DNA of 32,000 bases from Pyrolobus fumarii 1A (lineage in GTDB: Archaea > Thermoproteota > Thermoprotei_A > Sulfolobales > Pyrodictiaceae): the NCBI RefSeq assembly GCF_000223395.1, contig NC_015931.1, positions 690,001-722,000 of the forward strand, written 5' to 3'. Of the stretch, positions 8,824-16,674 are shown in pieces. Both the position numbers and the translations under genes were made by a program. The notes below the pieces were generated by a model. It had not been told where the DNA came from. It did no database searches and was given only the letters and a program-made list of their open reading frames with translations. Every line of letters starts with the position of its first letter. Position 1 is the first letter of the stretch.

Positions 8824-11800
8824 GTGTTGCCCAGGAGGATTGATGTTAGGAAGGTGCTTGTGATAGGCTCGGGTAGTATCAAAATAGCCGAGGCAGCCGA
8901 GTTTGACTACAGCGGTAGCCAAGCGCTCAAAGCGCTAAGAGAGGAGGGCATCGAGACTATACTGGTCAACCCGAATGTTGCAACGATACAGACTAGCTAC
9001 GAGATGGCCGACAAAGTGTACCTTATCCCCTTGAAGCCGGAGTTCGTCGAGAAGGTTATCGAGAGGGAGACTCCGGATGGTATACTCCTCGGTTTCGGCG
9101 GCCAGACTGCTCTTAGCCTCGGCGTGACGCTCTACAAGAGAGGTGTGCTACGCAAGTATGGCGTGAAGGTTCTTGGGACGCCCGTAGAGGGGATAGAACG
9201 CGCGTTATCGAGGAGCAAGTTCCGCAAAACGATGATAGAAGCTGGGCTTCCAGTTCCGCCGAGCAACGCAGCCCGTAGTGTTGAGGAGGCGCTCGAAATA
9301 GCAGAGGCTATCGGCTACCCTGTGATAGTCCGCGTTAGTTTCAACCTTGGCGGTGGCGGCAGTTTCGTGGCATGGAGGAGAGAGGAGCTTGAGCTATGGC
9401 TCAGGAGGGCCTTTGCCCAGAGCGAGATTGGCGAGGTTCTAGTGGAGAAGTATCTCCACCACTGGAAGGAGGTCGAGTTTGAGGTTGTGAGAGACGCCTA
9501 TGGCAACGCAGCTGCGATAGCATGTATGGAGAATATTGACCCGATGGGCGTTCACACTGGAGAGTCCATCGTCGTCGCACCATGCCAGACGCTGACCGAC
9601 CGCGAGTACCAGCTGCTACGCGTAGCATCAATACGCGTTGCAGAGTCTATCAGCCTTATAGGCGAGGGTAACGTCCAGCTAGCCCTAAACCCGAAGGGCG
9701 AGGAGTACTACATAATCGAGACAAACCCAAGAATGTCGAGGAGCAGCGCGCTCGCAAGCAAGGCGACAGGCTACCCTCTAGCGTATATCGCTGCTAAGCT
9801 GGCGCTTGGATACAAGCTCCACGAGATACTCAACAAGGTTACTATGAGAACTTGTGCCTGCTTCGAACCGAGCCTCGATTATGTCGTGGTAAAAGTTCCC
9901 AGATGGGATCTTGAGAAGTTTGAGGGCGTCGAGAAGAGTATTGGCAGCGAGATGAAGAGCATCGGCGAAGTCATGGCCATAGGCAGGAGCTACATTGAGG
10001 CGCTCCAGAAGGCGATAAGGATGCTCGACATTGGTGAGCCTGGATTAACGGGAGGGCCATTCTGGAGAGAAGAGCACACACTTGAAGAGGTTCTCGAGAA
10101 GCTCAAGAGGAGGGAACCTTACTGGCCACTATGGGTTGCGAAAGCATTCCGCCTCGGTGCTAGCGTAGAGCAGGTCTATGAGCTCACAGGAATCGACCCA
10201 TACTTCCTCTACCCGATAAGAGACGTGGTCGAGCTTACACTCGAGATAGAGAAGATGGGTAGAAAGGTACTCGAGAATAAGACGATACTTGAGGAGGCCA
10301 AGCTTCTCGGCTTTAGTGACGAGCAGATAGCGAGGCTCGCCGGCGTAACTGAGGATGATGTCCGCAAGGCGAGAAAGGAGATAGACGTGACTCCCGTTGT
10401 GAAGCAGATTGATACGCTTGCAGCCGAGTGGCCAGCCGAGACGAACTACCTTTACATGACCTACTGGGGGACGGAAGACGACATCAGTTTTAAATCAAAG
10501 AAGCCCAAGATAGTTGTGATAGGCGCTGGCGTATTCCGCATAGGAGTCAGCGTAGAGTTTGACTGGGCGGTTGTCAACTTCGCGCTCGCCACGCGAAGAA
10601 GAGGTTACGAGGTGATTGTGGTCAACTACAACCCGGAGACCGTCTCAACAGACTGGGATATGAACGAGAAGCTGTACTTCGAGGAGTTGACGCTCGAGAG
10701 GCTACTAGACATAAACGACAAGGAGAAGCCGATGGGCTTCGTAGCGTTCGCCGGCGGCCAGATTGCGAACAAACTAGCTTTCAAGCTAGAAGCTAGAGGC
10801 GTGAAGCTGCTAGGCACACGCGGAGAGAGTGTAGATAGGGCCGAGAACAGGGAGAAGTTCAGTAAGCTTCTCGACAAGTTGGGTATAAAGCAGCCCCCGT
10901 GGGTTTCAGCCTCAAACCTGCAGGAGGCGATCCGCTTCGCCGAGCAGATTGGTTACCCTGTACTCGTTCGCCCGAGTTACGTGCTAAGCGGCTCTGCGAT
11001 GAAGGTAGCGTGGAGTAAGGAGGAGCTGATAGAATACATCGAGAGAGCTACTAGAATATCGCCAGAGTACCCCGTTGTCGTCTCCAAGTTCTACAGTGGC
11101 GCTCTAGAGGCTGAGGTAGACGCTGTTAGCGACGGCAAACGCATAGTGCTAACGCCCATAGAGCATGTGGAGCCTGCTGGCGTGCACAGCGGCGATTCGA
11201 CAATGAGCATACCGCCATTCTCGCTTCCAGAGCGCGTTATTGACAGGATGGCTGAGATAGCTTACCAGCTAGCTCAGGAGCTAGAGATACGCGGACCCTT
11301 CAACATACAGTTCCTAGTCCACGACAACAACGTGTACGTGATAGAGTTGAACCTCCGTACATCCCGCTCAATGCCCTTCGTGAGCAAGGTCACTGGCGTT
11401 AACTACATGGAGCTTGCCGCTCAAGCAGTCCTGGACGGCAAGCTCGGCATTGACAGCGAGCTTACTGTGCTTAGGCCGAAAGCCTGGGGTGTAAAGTCGC
11501 CACAGTTCTCATGGGCCAGGCTGAGAGGCGCCTATCCACACCTAGGCCCAGAGATGAGGAGCACCGGAGAGGTAGCCGCACTCGGTTGGAGCTTCGAAGA
11601 GGCTCTACTGAAGAGCTGGTTGGCTGTCCACGGCAACCGGCTACCAAGGAACAACGAGGCTGTTCTGGTGTACGACCCGACGGGCAGGGAGAAGGTTAGG
11701 TTGAGACGAGCAGCCGAGCTGGTCGAGGACGCCGGGTTCACAGTATTCACTGTCGAGGGTATGGAGGTTGACGGCTTTGAAGCGCTGCCAGCCGAGAGAG

Positions 11801-12021
11801 TAGAGCAGCTAGAGACCTCTGGTAGAATAGGCCTGGTCATGACGACTGGTTACGCGCCCCACAAGGATTATAGGATAAGGAGGCTAGCTGCCGACCTCAA
11901 TATACCCCTGGTGCTCGATGCCAGACTTGCCGAGAAGCTTGCAGAGTCCATACTCTGGCATACGCGTGGCGGCATCCTCGAGGTACGTGAGCTAAAGGAG
12001 TACTGGGGTGAGCGCAGGTGA
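8824..12021 (+). CDS. carB: Carbamoyl-phosphate synthase large subunit
   Basis: 1065 aa with two ATP-grasp halves (IIETNPRMSRSSALASKATGYPLA and VIELNLRTSRSMPFVSKVTGVN). GTG start 3 nt after carA. Confidence 0.97.
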   Translation: MLPRRIDVRKVLVIGSGSIKIAEAAEFDYSGSQALKALREEGIETILVNPNVATIQTSYEMADKVYLIPLKPEFVEKVIERETPDGILLGFGGQTALSLGVTLYKRGVLRKYGVKVLGTPVEGIERALSRSKFRKTMIEAGLPVPPSNAARSVEEALEIAEAIGYPVIVRVSFNLGGGGSFVAWRREELELWLRRAFAQSEIGEVLVEKYLHHWKEVEFEVVRDAYGNAAAIACMENIDPMGVHTGESIVVAPCQTLTDREYQLLRVASIRVAESISLIGEGNVQLALNPKGEEYYIIETNPRMSRSSALASKATGYPLAYIAAKLALGYKLHEILNKVTMRTCACFEPSLDYVVVKVPRWDLEKFEGVEKSIGSEMKSIGEVMAIGRSYIEALQKAIRMLDIGEPGLTGGPFWREEHTLEEVLEKLKRREPYWPLWVAKAFRLGASVEQVYELTGIDPYFLYPIRDVVELTLEIEKMGRKVLENKTILEEAKLLGFSDEQIARLAGVTEDDVRKARKEIDVTPVVKQIDTLAAEWPAETNYLYMTYWGTEDDISFKSKKPKIVVIGAGVFRIGVSVEFDWAVVNFALATRRRGYEVIVVNYNPETVSTDWDMNEKLYFEELTLERLLDINDKEKPMGFVAFAGGQIANKLAFKLEARGVKLLGTRGESVDRAENREKFSKLLDKLGIKQPPWVSASNLQEAIRFAEQIGYPVLVRPSYVLSGSAMKVAWSKEELIEYIERATRISPEYPVVVSKFYSGALEAEVDAVSDGKRIVLTPIEHVEPAGVHSGDSTMSIPPFSLPERVIDRMAEIAYQLAQELEIRGPFNIQFLVHDNNVYVIELNLRTSRSMPFVSKVTGVNYMELAAQAVLDGKLGIDSELTVLRPKAWGVKSPQFSWARLRGAYPHLGPEMRSTGEVAALGWSFEEALLKSWLAVHGNRLPRNNEAVLVYDPTGREKVRLRRAAELVEDAGFTVFTVEGMEVDGFEALPAERVEQLETSGRIGLVMTTGYAPHKDYRIRRLAADLNIPLVLDARLAEKLAESILWHTRGGILEVRELKEYWGERR

Positions 12022-12866
12022 CGCGCGTAGCTCTAGCCTACGACTATCTGAGGCAGGAGGAGAAGCTCGTCATAGAGGCTCTTAGAGAGGTGGGCCTAGA
12101 GGTCAAAATGCTACCAGTGACGGAGAAGCCATTCCATATAGGCGGCGAGCCTGACATCGACCTAGTAGTGGTCAGGACTACCAGTATGTTCAACGGGTTG
12201 TATACCGCCGCAGCCTACGAGTCTATGGGCATTCGGAGCATAAACCAGTCTAGAACCATACTCTACAGCGGCGACAAGGCACTGACATACTCGCTCCTAG
12301 CGAGGGCCAAGATACCAACACCTGACACCTACATTGCTCTCGGAAGCCGCGCCGTCTTCGAGGCGGCTAAGCTGCTGGGCTACCCATTGGTAGATAAACC
12401 GCCGATAGGAAGCTGGGGCAGACTAGTATCCCTGATATACGACGACTTTAACCTAGTGACTGTTGTGGAGCATAGAGAGGCTCTATGCAACCGACAGATG
12501 AGGATACACGTTATGCAAGAGTACGTCGAGACCGGCAATAAGGACATTCGTTGTCTTGTGCTTGGCGGAGAGCTCCTAGGATGCATCTATAGGATAGCGC
12601 GCGAGGGCGAGTGGAGAAGTAATGTGGCTCTAGGCGGCCACACAGAGGTTGTAGACGTGACACCGGATCTAGAGAATCTCGTGCTAAGGGCAGCAGCCGT
12701 TGTCGAAGGCGACTTCGTCTCAATAGATGTGTTCGAGCACCCGGAGAAAGGCTACGTTGTAAACGAGGTCAACGGGATACCAGAGTTCAAGGGCTTCATG
12801 AGAGCAACTGGAGTAAACGTTGCTAGAAAGCTAGCCGAGTACGTCAAGTCTCTGGTAAAGGCATGA
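12018..12866 (+). CDS. lysX: RimK-type ATP-grasp ligase of the LysW carrier-protein pathway (glutamate/alpha-aminoadipate--LysW ligase, ArgX/LysX)
   Basis: 282 aa. LysX/RimK-like pattern (DLVVVRTTS..., GYPLVDKPPIGSWGRLV, VNEVNGIPEFKG). The GTGA start overlaps the carB stop. ArgX and LysX cannot be told apart by eye. Confidence 0.85.
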   Translation: MTRVALAYDYLRQEEKLVIEALREVGLEVKMLPVTEKPFHIGGEPDIDLVVVRTTSMFNGLYTAAAYESMGIRSINQSRTILYSGDKALTYSLLARAKIPTPDTYIALGSRAVFEAAKLLGYPLVDKPPIGSWGRLVSLIYDDFNLVTVVEHREALCNRQMRIHVMQEYVETGNKDIRCLVLGGELLGCIYRIAREGEWRSNVALGGHTEVVDVTPDLENLVLRAAAVVEGDFVSIDVFEHPEKGYVVNEVNGIPEFKGFMRATGVNVARKLAEYVKSLVKA

Positions 12867-13124
12867 GCCGCAACAAGAACAACAATCTAGCATTATCTCC
12901 TCGTGGCACGCGTTTCCAGCTTCATTCCTCGTTCTGAGCAAGCAAGTACATGGGCGTCACATCGTGAAGCATGTCGTCAACCAAGTTCATCCCGATATAG
13001 CAACTTTGACACACATCCTCCCAGTTTTACTCGGTTTTTAACCATGAGACGTATAGGCACCGAGAGGTGTACAAATACGCATTTTATTGATGCCAAGCTT
13101 TGGTACAGCGTGGAGGCGGCTATT

Positions 13125-13616
13125 ATGCACGATGTTGTACTTCTCCGTATCCCCCGCGGAATTCTCGAGAGGCTAGAAAAAGAGTCTAGAAAAGCAGGTT
13201 TAACTCCTGAGGAATACATCATCGAGCTTATCCTCAATGACTTGGATCCTCCGGAGAGAGCCCGAGAGTATATCGAAGCGGCTAAGAGTTTTCTAGAAGA
13301 AGCTGAGGAGGAGCTACGGAAAGGTAACATGCGGCAAGCTGCTGAGAAGCTTTGGGGTGCCGCAGCACTAGCAATTAAGGCGTACGCCTCCTGGAGAAGT
13401 GGCAAGAGACTGACAAGTCACGGAGAGTTATGGGAGTATACCAGGGTTCTCAGGAGGGAGCTAGGCACATGGATTAGTGATGCGTGGGCCCATGCAAATG
13501 CCATGCACGTTTGTTTCTATGAGGGGTGGTGTAGCAGGGAGCACATAGAGGACGCGCGTGAGAAGATAGAAAAATTGGTAAGAGCTGTCGAAGGAAGAGT
13601 AAAGGCAGAAGGCTAG
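13125..13616 (+). CDS. PaREP1-family protein with an N-terminal ribbon-helix-helix-like segment (paralog 1)
   Basis: Core AAEKLWGAAALAIKAYA...KRLTSHGELWEY...FYEGW is typical of archaeal PaREP1. The N-terminus VVLLRIPRGILERLEKESRKAGLTPEEYIIELIL fits strand-helix-G-x-T-helix (RHH). Start chosen at ATG 13125 by alignment with the 161-aa paralog. The track start at 12903 adds 74 unlikely residues. Confidence 0.8.
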   Translation: MHDVVLLRIPRGILERLEKESRKAGLTPEEYIIELILNDLDPPERAREYIEAAKSFLEEAEEELRKGNMRQAAEKLWGAAALAIKAYASWRSGKRLTSHGELWEYTRVLRRELGTWISDAWAHANAMHVCFYEGWCSREHIEDAREKIEKLVRAVEGRVKAEG

Positions 13617-13746
13617 AAGCCCTTTTGCTACTCCTTAGGGCAAAAATCAAGTTGCCATTGTCAAGAAGACCGAGAGCTTTTAAACACTAATTAAGGTATC
13701 AGTGTCAAGTGTGGAAAATTGTTCTCCGTTACATACAATTCGCGTC

Positions 13747-13752
13747 TTTTAA
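13747..13752 (+). promoter_or_regulatory. TATA-like TTTTAA upstream of argC
   Basis: AT-rich 152-nt spacer. A box at 13747-13752 would put the TSS near 13775-13780, which favours the GTG 13805 start. Confidence 0.3.
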
Positions 13753-13804
13753 CGTTAGACTTGTTTAAGTGCTGGGCGTTTGTGACCGCGGCACGGGTAG
13801 AGCC

Positions 13805-14866
13805 GTGAGTGGCGCTATCCCAGTGTGTATCATCGGCGCCTCTGGTTACACTGGTGGCGAGTTGCTTCGCCTTCTAGCCATGCACCCCAACGCAGAGGTT
13901 GTAATAGCGACGTCAAGAGAGTACGCCGGGAAGCCCATCGGTTACGTACACTTTAACCTCCGGGGCTTCTACAAGGGTTTGCGCTTCTCACCCCTCAATA
14001 TAGACGAGATCACGGATAAGTGCGAAGCAGTTTTCCTAGCAGTCCCGCATGGTGCCAGTCTCGAACTCGTACCCAAGCTGTACGAGACTGGACTAAAGAT
14101 ACTCGATTTGAGCGCTGACTTCCGCCTGAAGAACCCAGAGGAGTACAAGAGATGGTATGGCAGAGAGCATCCCTACCCGGATCTACTAGAGAAGGCTGTC
14201 TACGGTCTACCAGAGCTACACCGTGACGAGATACGCAATGCCAGGTTGGTCGCGGTACCCGGGTGTAACGCCACTGCTGCGATTTTCGCCGCGGCCCCCG
14301 TGGTCAAAGAGAAGCTAGTCGACCTGGATCATCTTGTGATAGACGTTAAGGTCGGGAGTAGCGAGGCTGGCTCCAAACCCAGCCCTGGCGACCACCACCC
14401 CGAGAGGGAGAATGCAATCAGACCCTATAGTGCGGAGGGCCACCGTCACGTCGCCGAGGTCGAACAGGAGCTTGGCATGCTAGCAGGCCGTGATGTTAGA
14501 GTAGCTTTCGTGCCTCATGCGGTCTCAGCGATTAGGGGTGCACTGGCCACACTGCACGCGTGGCTAGCGGATGGCGCTGATGAGATGAAGGTATGGAGAG
14601 CGTATGCCGCGATGTACGGCAAGGAGCCTTTCGTCAGGATAGTTAGGACTGGCTTGCTGCGCTACCCGGACCCGAAGTACGTTATAGGAACCAACTTTGT
14701 CGATGTTGGGTTCGCCGTTGAGAAGAGGATAGGGAGGATGGCAGGATTCGCAGCTATAGACAACCTTGTGCGTGGCGCGGCGGGACAAGCCGTCCAGAGC
14801 TTCAATATAATGATGGGGTTTGACGAGACCCTTGGCCTACTATATCCGCCGTTAAAACCAGCCTAA
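13805..14866 (+). CDS. argC: N-acetyl-gamma-glutamyl-phosphate / LysW-gamma-glutamyl-phosphate reductase
   Basis: IIGASGYTGGELLRLLAMHP NAD(P) fold, catalytic PGCNATA. GTG 13805 preferred; the track start GTG 13769 is the alternative. Confidence 0.9.
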   Translation: MSGAIPVCIIGASGYTGGELLRLLAMHPNAEVVIATSREYAGKPIGYVHFNLRGFYKGLRFSPLNIDEITDKCEAVFLAVPHGASLELVPKLYETGLKILDLSADFRLKNPEEYKRWYGREHPYPDLLEKAVYGLPELHRDEIRNARLVAVPGCNATAAIFAAAPVVKEKLVDLDHLVIDVKVGSSEAGSKPSPGDHHPERENAIRPYSAEGHRHVAEVEQELGMLAGRDVRVAFVPHAVSAIRGALATLHAWLADGADEMKVWRAYAAMYGKEPFVRIVRTGLLRYPDPKYVIGTNFVDVGFAVEKRIGRMAGFAAIDNLVRGAAGQAVQSFNIMMGFDETLGLLYPPLKPA

Positions 14867-14960
14867 CACGCATCTGGAATCCAACAATTTTACACGTACG
14901 TCTCTACTGGTTAGTATACGATTGTGGTATAGTAGCGCGTCTCCGACTCGTCTACACTAG

Positions 14961-15719
14961 GTGGCCATATTGTCGGAGCCTGGTTACGATCCAGTCAAAC
15001 TAGCCAAGGACATAGAGCATATCGTCGTCCGCGGCCTGGCCAGGAAGTACTATCGCGTCGCGAGAGCCACCAGGTTCTATGGTGGAAGTGCTGCCGCCGA
15101 CTGTGTAGGGTGTAACTTGCGTTGCGCATTCTGTTGGAGCGGCGTGCCTCGCGACAAACCAAACGAGGTAGGGAGGTTCTACGAGCCCGAGGAGGTATAC
15201 GAAGCTCTTGCGCGCACCGCCGAGAAGCATCACTTTCGTTACGTGAGGGTTAGTGGTAACGAGCCAACAATTGGATGGCAGCATCTCATTCGTCTACTCG
15301 AATTATTTGAGCAGGACGGCCGCTTCATATTCATACTTGAGACTAACGGGATACTCATAGGGGCCGACCGCTCTAAGGCTCGGGAACTAGCAAAATTTAC
15401 GATACTTCATGTACGTGTCTCGCTGAAAGGCTGCAATGAGAAACAGTTCCATCGTTTAACGGGGGCAAAACCATCAGCATTCAAACTACAAATACAAGCG
15501 TTAAAGAACCTTAGCGACTACAACGTCCCCCATCACCCTGCTGTAATGGCAACATTCTGTAGCCGCGAGTCCCTACTACAGTTAGCGACTAGACTTGCAA
15601 GTGAAGTAGGACCTTGGGAGACAGCCAATCTCGAACTGGAGACACTCATACTATACCCTCATGTTGAGAGAAGACTAAAGGAGGCACGTCTCTGGCCACC
15701 AGGCCCTATATCCGAGTAA
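14961..15719 (+). CDS. Small radical SAM protein of unknown function (COG5014-like Fe-S oxidoreductase)
   Basis: RFYGGSAAADCVGCNLRCAFCWS carries C-x3-C-x2-C. GNEPTIG resembles the SAM-binding GGEP motif. 252 aa. GTG start. Confidence 0.75.
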   Translation: MAILSEPGYDPVKLAKDIEHIVVRGLARKYYRVARATRFYGGSAAADCVGCNLRCAFCWSGVPRDKPNEVGRFYEPEEVYEALARTAEKHHFRYVRVSGNEPTIGWQHLIRLLELFEQDGRFIFILETNGILIGADRSKARELAKFTILHVRVSLKGCNEKQFHRLTGAKPSAFKLQIQALKNLSDYNVPHHPAVMATFCSRESLLQLATRLASEVGPWETANLELETLILYPHVERRLKEARLWPPGPISE

Positions 15720-15720
15720 C

Positions 15721-15727
15721 TTATAAA
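15721..15727 (+). promoter_or_regulatory. TATA-like TTATAAA
   Basis: Lies 26-32 nt upstream of ATG 15753, the spacing expected for a leaderless archaeal transcript of the candidate sORF. Confidence 0.3.
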
Positions 15728-15752
15728 CAAGACTCATAGCACATATTCTACG

Positions 15753-15899
15753 ATGACTTATAAGATTGCAAACAATACATATGCTTGCTATCGCTTAACA
15801 CTACATGATGTATATACGTTATGTCGCGTATGTTATGTCTCAACTAATCTTGCTTATATCTATTTCTTACGTCAACTATTTATCATAGGGTTTATGTAG
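15753..15899 (+). CDS. Candidate 48-codon sORF (below the track cut-off), Cys/Tyr-rich
   Basis: ATG 15753 to TAG 15897-15899 translates to MTYKIANNTYACYRLTLHDVYTLCRVCYVSTNLAYIYFLRQLFIIGFM. It fills most of the 188-nt AT-rich spacer and has a TATA at leaderless distance. A chance ORF of equal length exists at 23408-23554 (minus), so support is weak. Confidence 0.2.
   Translation: MTYKIANNTYACYRLTLHDVYTLCRVCYVSTNLAYIYFLRQLFIIGFM
15818..15839 (+). repeat. Direct repeat GTTATGTC x2 (15818-15825, 15832-15839), 14-nt period
   Basis: Read directly. Lies 70-90 nt upstream of the wHTH gene start, so it could be an operator. In the sORF frame it alternatively encodes L-C-R-V-C-Y-V (CxxC). Confidence 0.3.
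15877..15883 (+). promoter_or_regulatory. TATA-like TATTTAT upstream of the wHTH gene
   Basis: Lies 25-31 nt upstream of GTG 15908, consistent with a leaderless start. Confidence 0.3.
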
Positions 15900-15907
15900 A
15901 GTCGCGA

Positions 15908-16630
15908 GTGTTACGATACTGGTGCTATAGTGTGAATCTCACTATAAGAGATAACCGTAACAACAATCTTGAGTTTCACGACAATGTTATTAGCGGCAAA
16001 TCAAAGAGGGACCTCATTCGTATCCTAGACGCCCTCTTATGCGTCTTGATCGAGGAGGGCGAAGTAAGCAAAACTAAGCTCGCCAATCGTGCAAACCTCA
16101 ACCCATTGTCATTCCAGAAGTATGTATCGTGGCTTGAGAGTATGGGAGCCGCTATAGTGCGCCGCGTCGGCGAGCGCACCACATACATAGCTACACCTCG
16201 TGCTCACATACTGCATGCTACACTACACTTATTACATCACATGCTTCATCCTAACACCAATGTGCGAAAGCGATACTTTGACTACCTCTCACTTGTTATC
16301 GATGCACTGCAAGAAGCTGGCTTTAAGCCCAAAATAGGATACAGCAATATGACCAATAACATACTGGTTTGCTATGATATCATTGCACAGGGCAATTGTA
16401 ACCTTGGCATCCTCATTGCACCTCGTAATGACCCTCTTAACATGTTCCGATTGCTAACCATCTTATATTGGAAGATCAATGTTCAACAGTCGAGCGCTAA
16501 CAAGATTGATAAGTTAATGCTTGTGACCGATGATGAACCACTGCTCCTAGAGGCGGCCAAACTGTTTGAGATACCTGTAGCACGGCCGGAAAGGCATAGT
16601 ATCATCGATGTCTCGAGGCGTATGTGCTAG
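15908..16630 (+). CDS. Winged-helix DNA-binding protein with an uncharacterised C-terminal domain
   Basis: Residues about 35-105 (LIRILDALLCVLIEEGEVSKTKLANRANLNPLSFQKYVSWLESMGAAIVRRVGERTTYIATPRA) fit an archaeal wHTH (HTH_45/ArnR-like). I do not recognise the C-terminal 110 aa or so. Low GC: 73/180 = 41% in three hand-counted lines. Confidence 0.55.
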   Translation: MLRYWCYSVNLTIRDNRNNNLEFHDNVISGKSKRDLIRILDALLCVLIEEGEVSKTKLANRANLNPLSFQKYVSWLESMGAAIVRRVGERTTYIATPRAHILHATLHLLHHMLHPNTNVRKRYFDYLSLVIDALQEAGFKPKIGYSNMTNNILVCYDIIAQGNCNLGILIAPRNDPLNMFRLLTILYWKINVQQSSANKIDKLMLVTDDEPLLLEAAKLFEIPVARPERHSIIDVSRRMC

Positions 16631-16674
16631 TTGGAGAGTTTATGTGACAGCTGCGGCACTTCAACTCCAAGAGG

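Noticed and set aside
8824-12021. Internal repeat within carB
   Set aside because: This is the well-known ancestral duplication of the two ATP-grasp synthetase halves, not a novel feature.
12903-13124. 74-codon N-terminal extension of PaREP1 paralog 1
   Set aside because: The paralog at 25092-25577 starts at the position equivalent to ATG 13125. The extension is Ser/Thr/Arg-rich and spans a TATA-like tract.
12977-13405. 142-aa minus-strand ORF overlapping PaREP1 paralog 1. Similar long antisense ORFs occur at 17460-17891, 18541-18981, 11532-11840, 8256-8882 and 24484-25111.
   Set aside because: All lie antisense to genes with clear family motifs and have low-complexity Ser/Pro/Arg-rich translations. 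This is typical of GC-rich shadow frames.
15790-15815. C/D-box sRNA-like motifs (ATGATGT at about 15805; TGATGA at about 24086; GATGCTGA at about 30241)
   Set aside because: No properly spaced C/D'/C'/D box set (RUGAUGA...CUGA) could be assembled around any of them.
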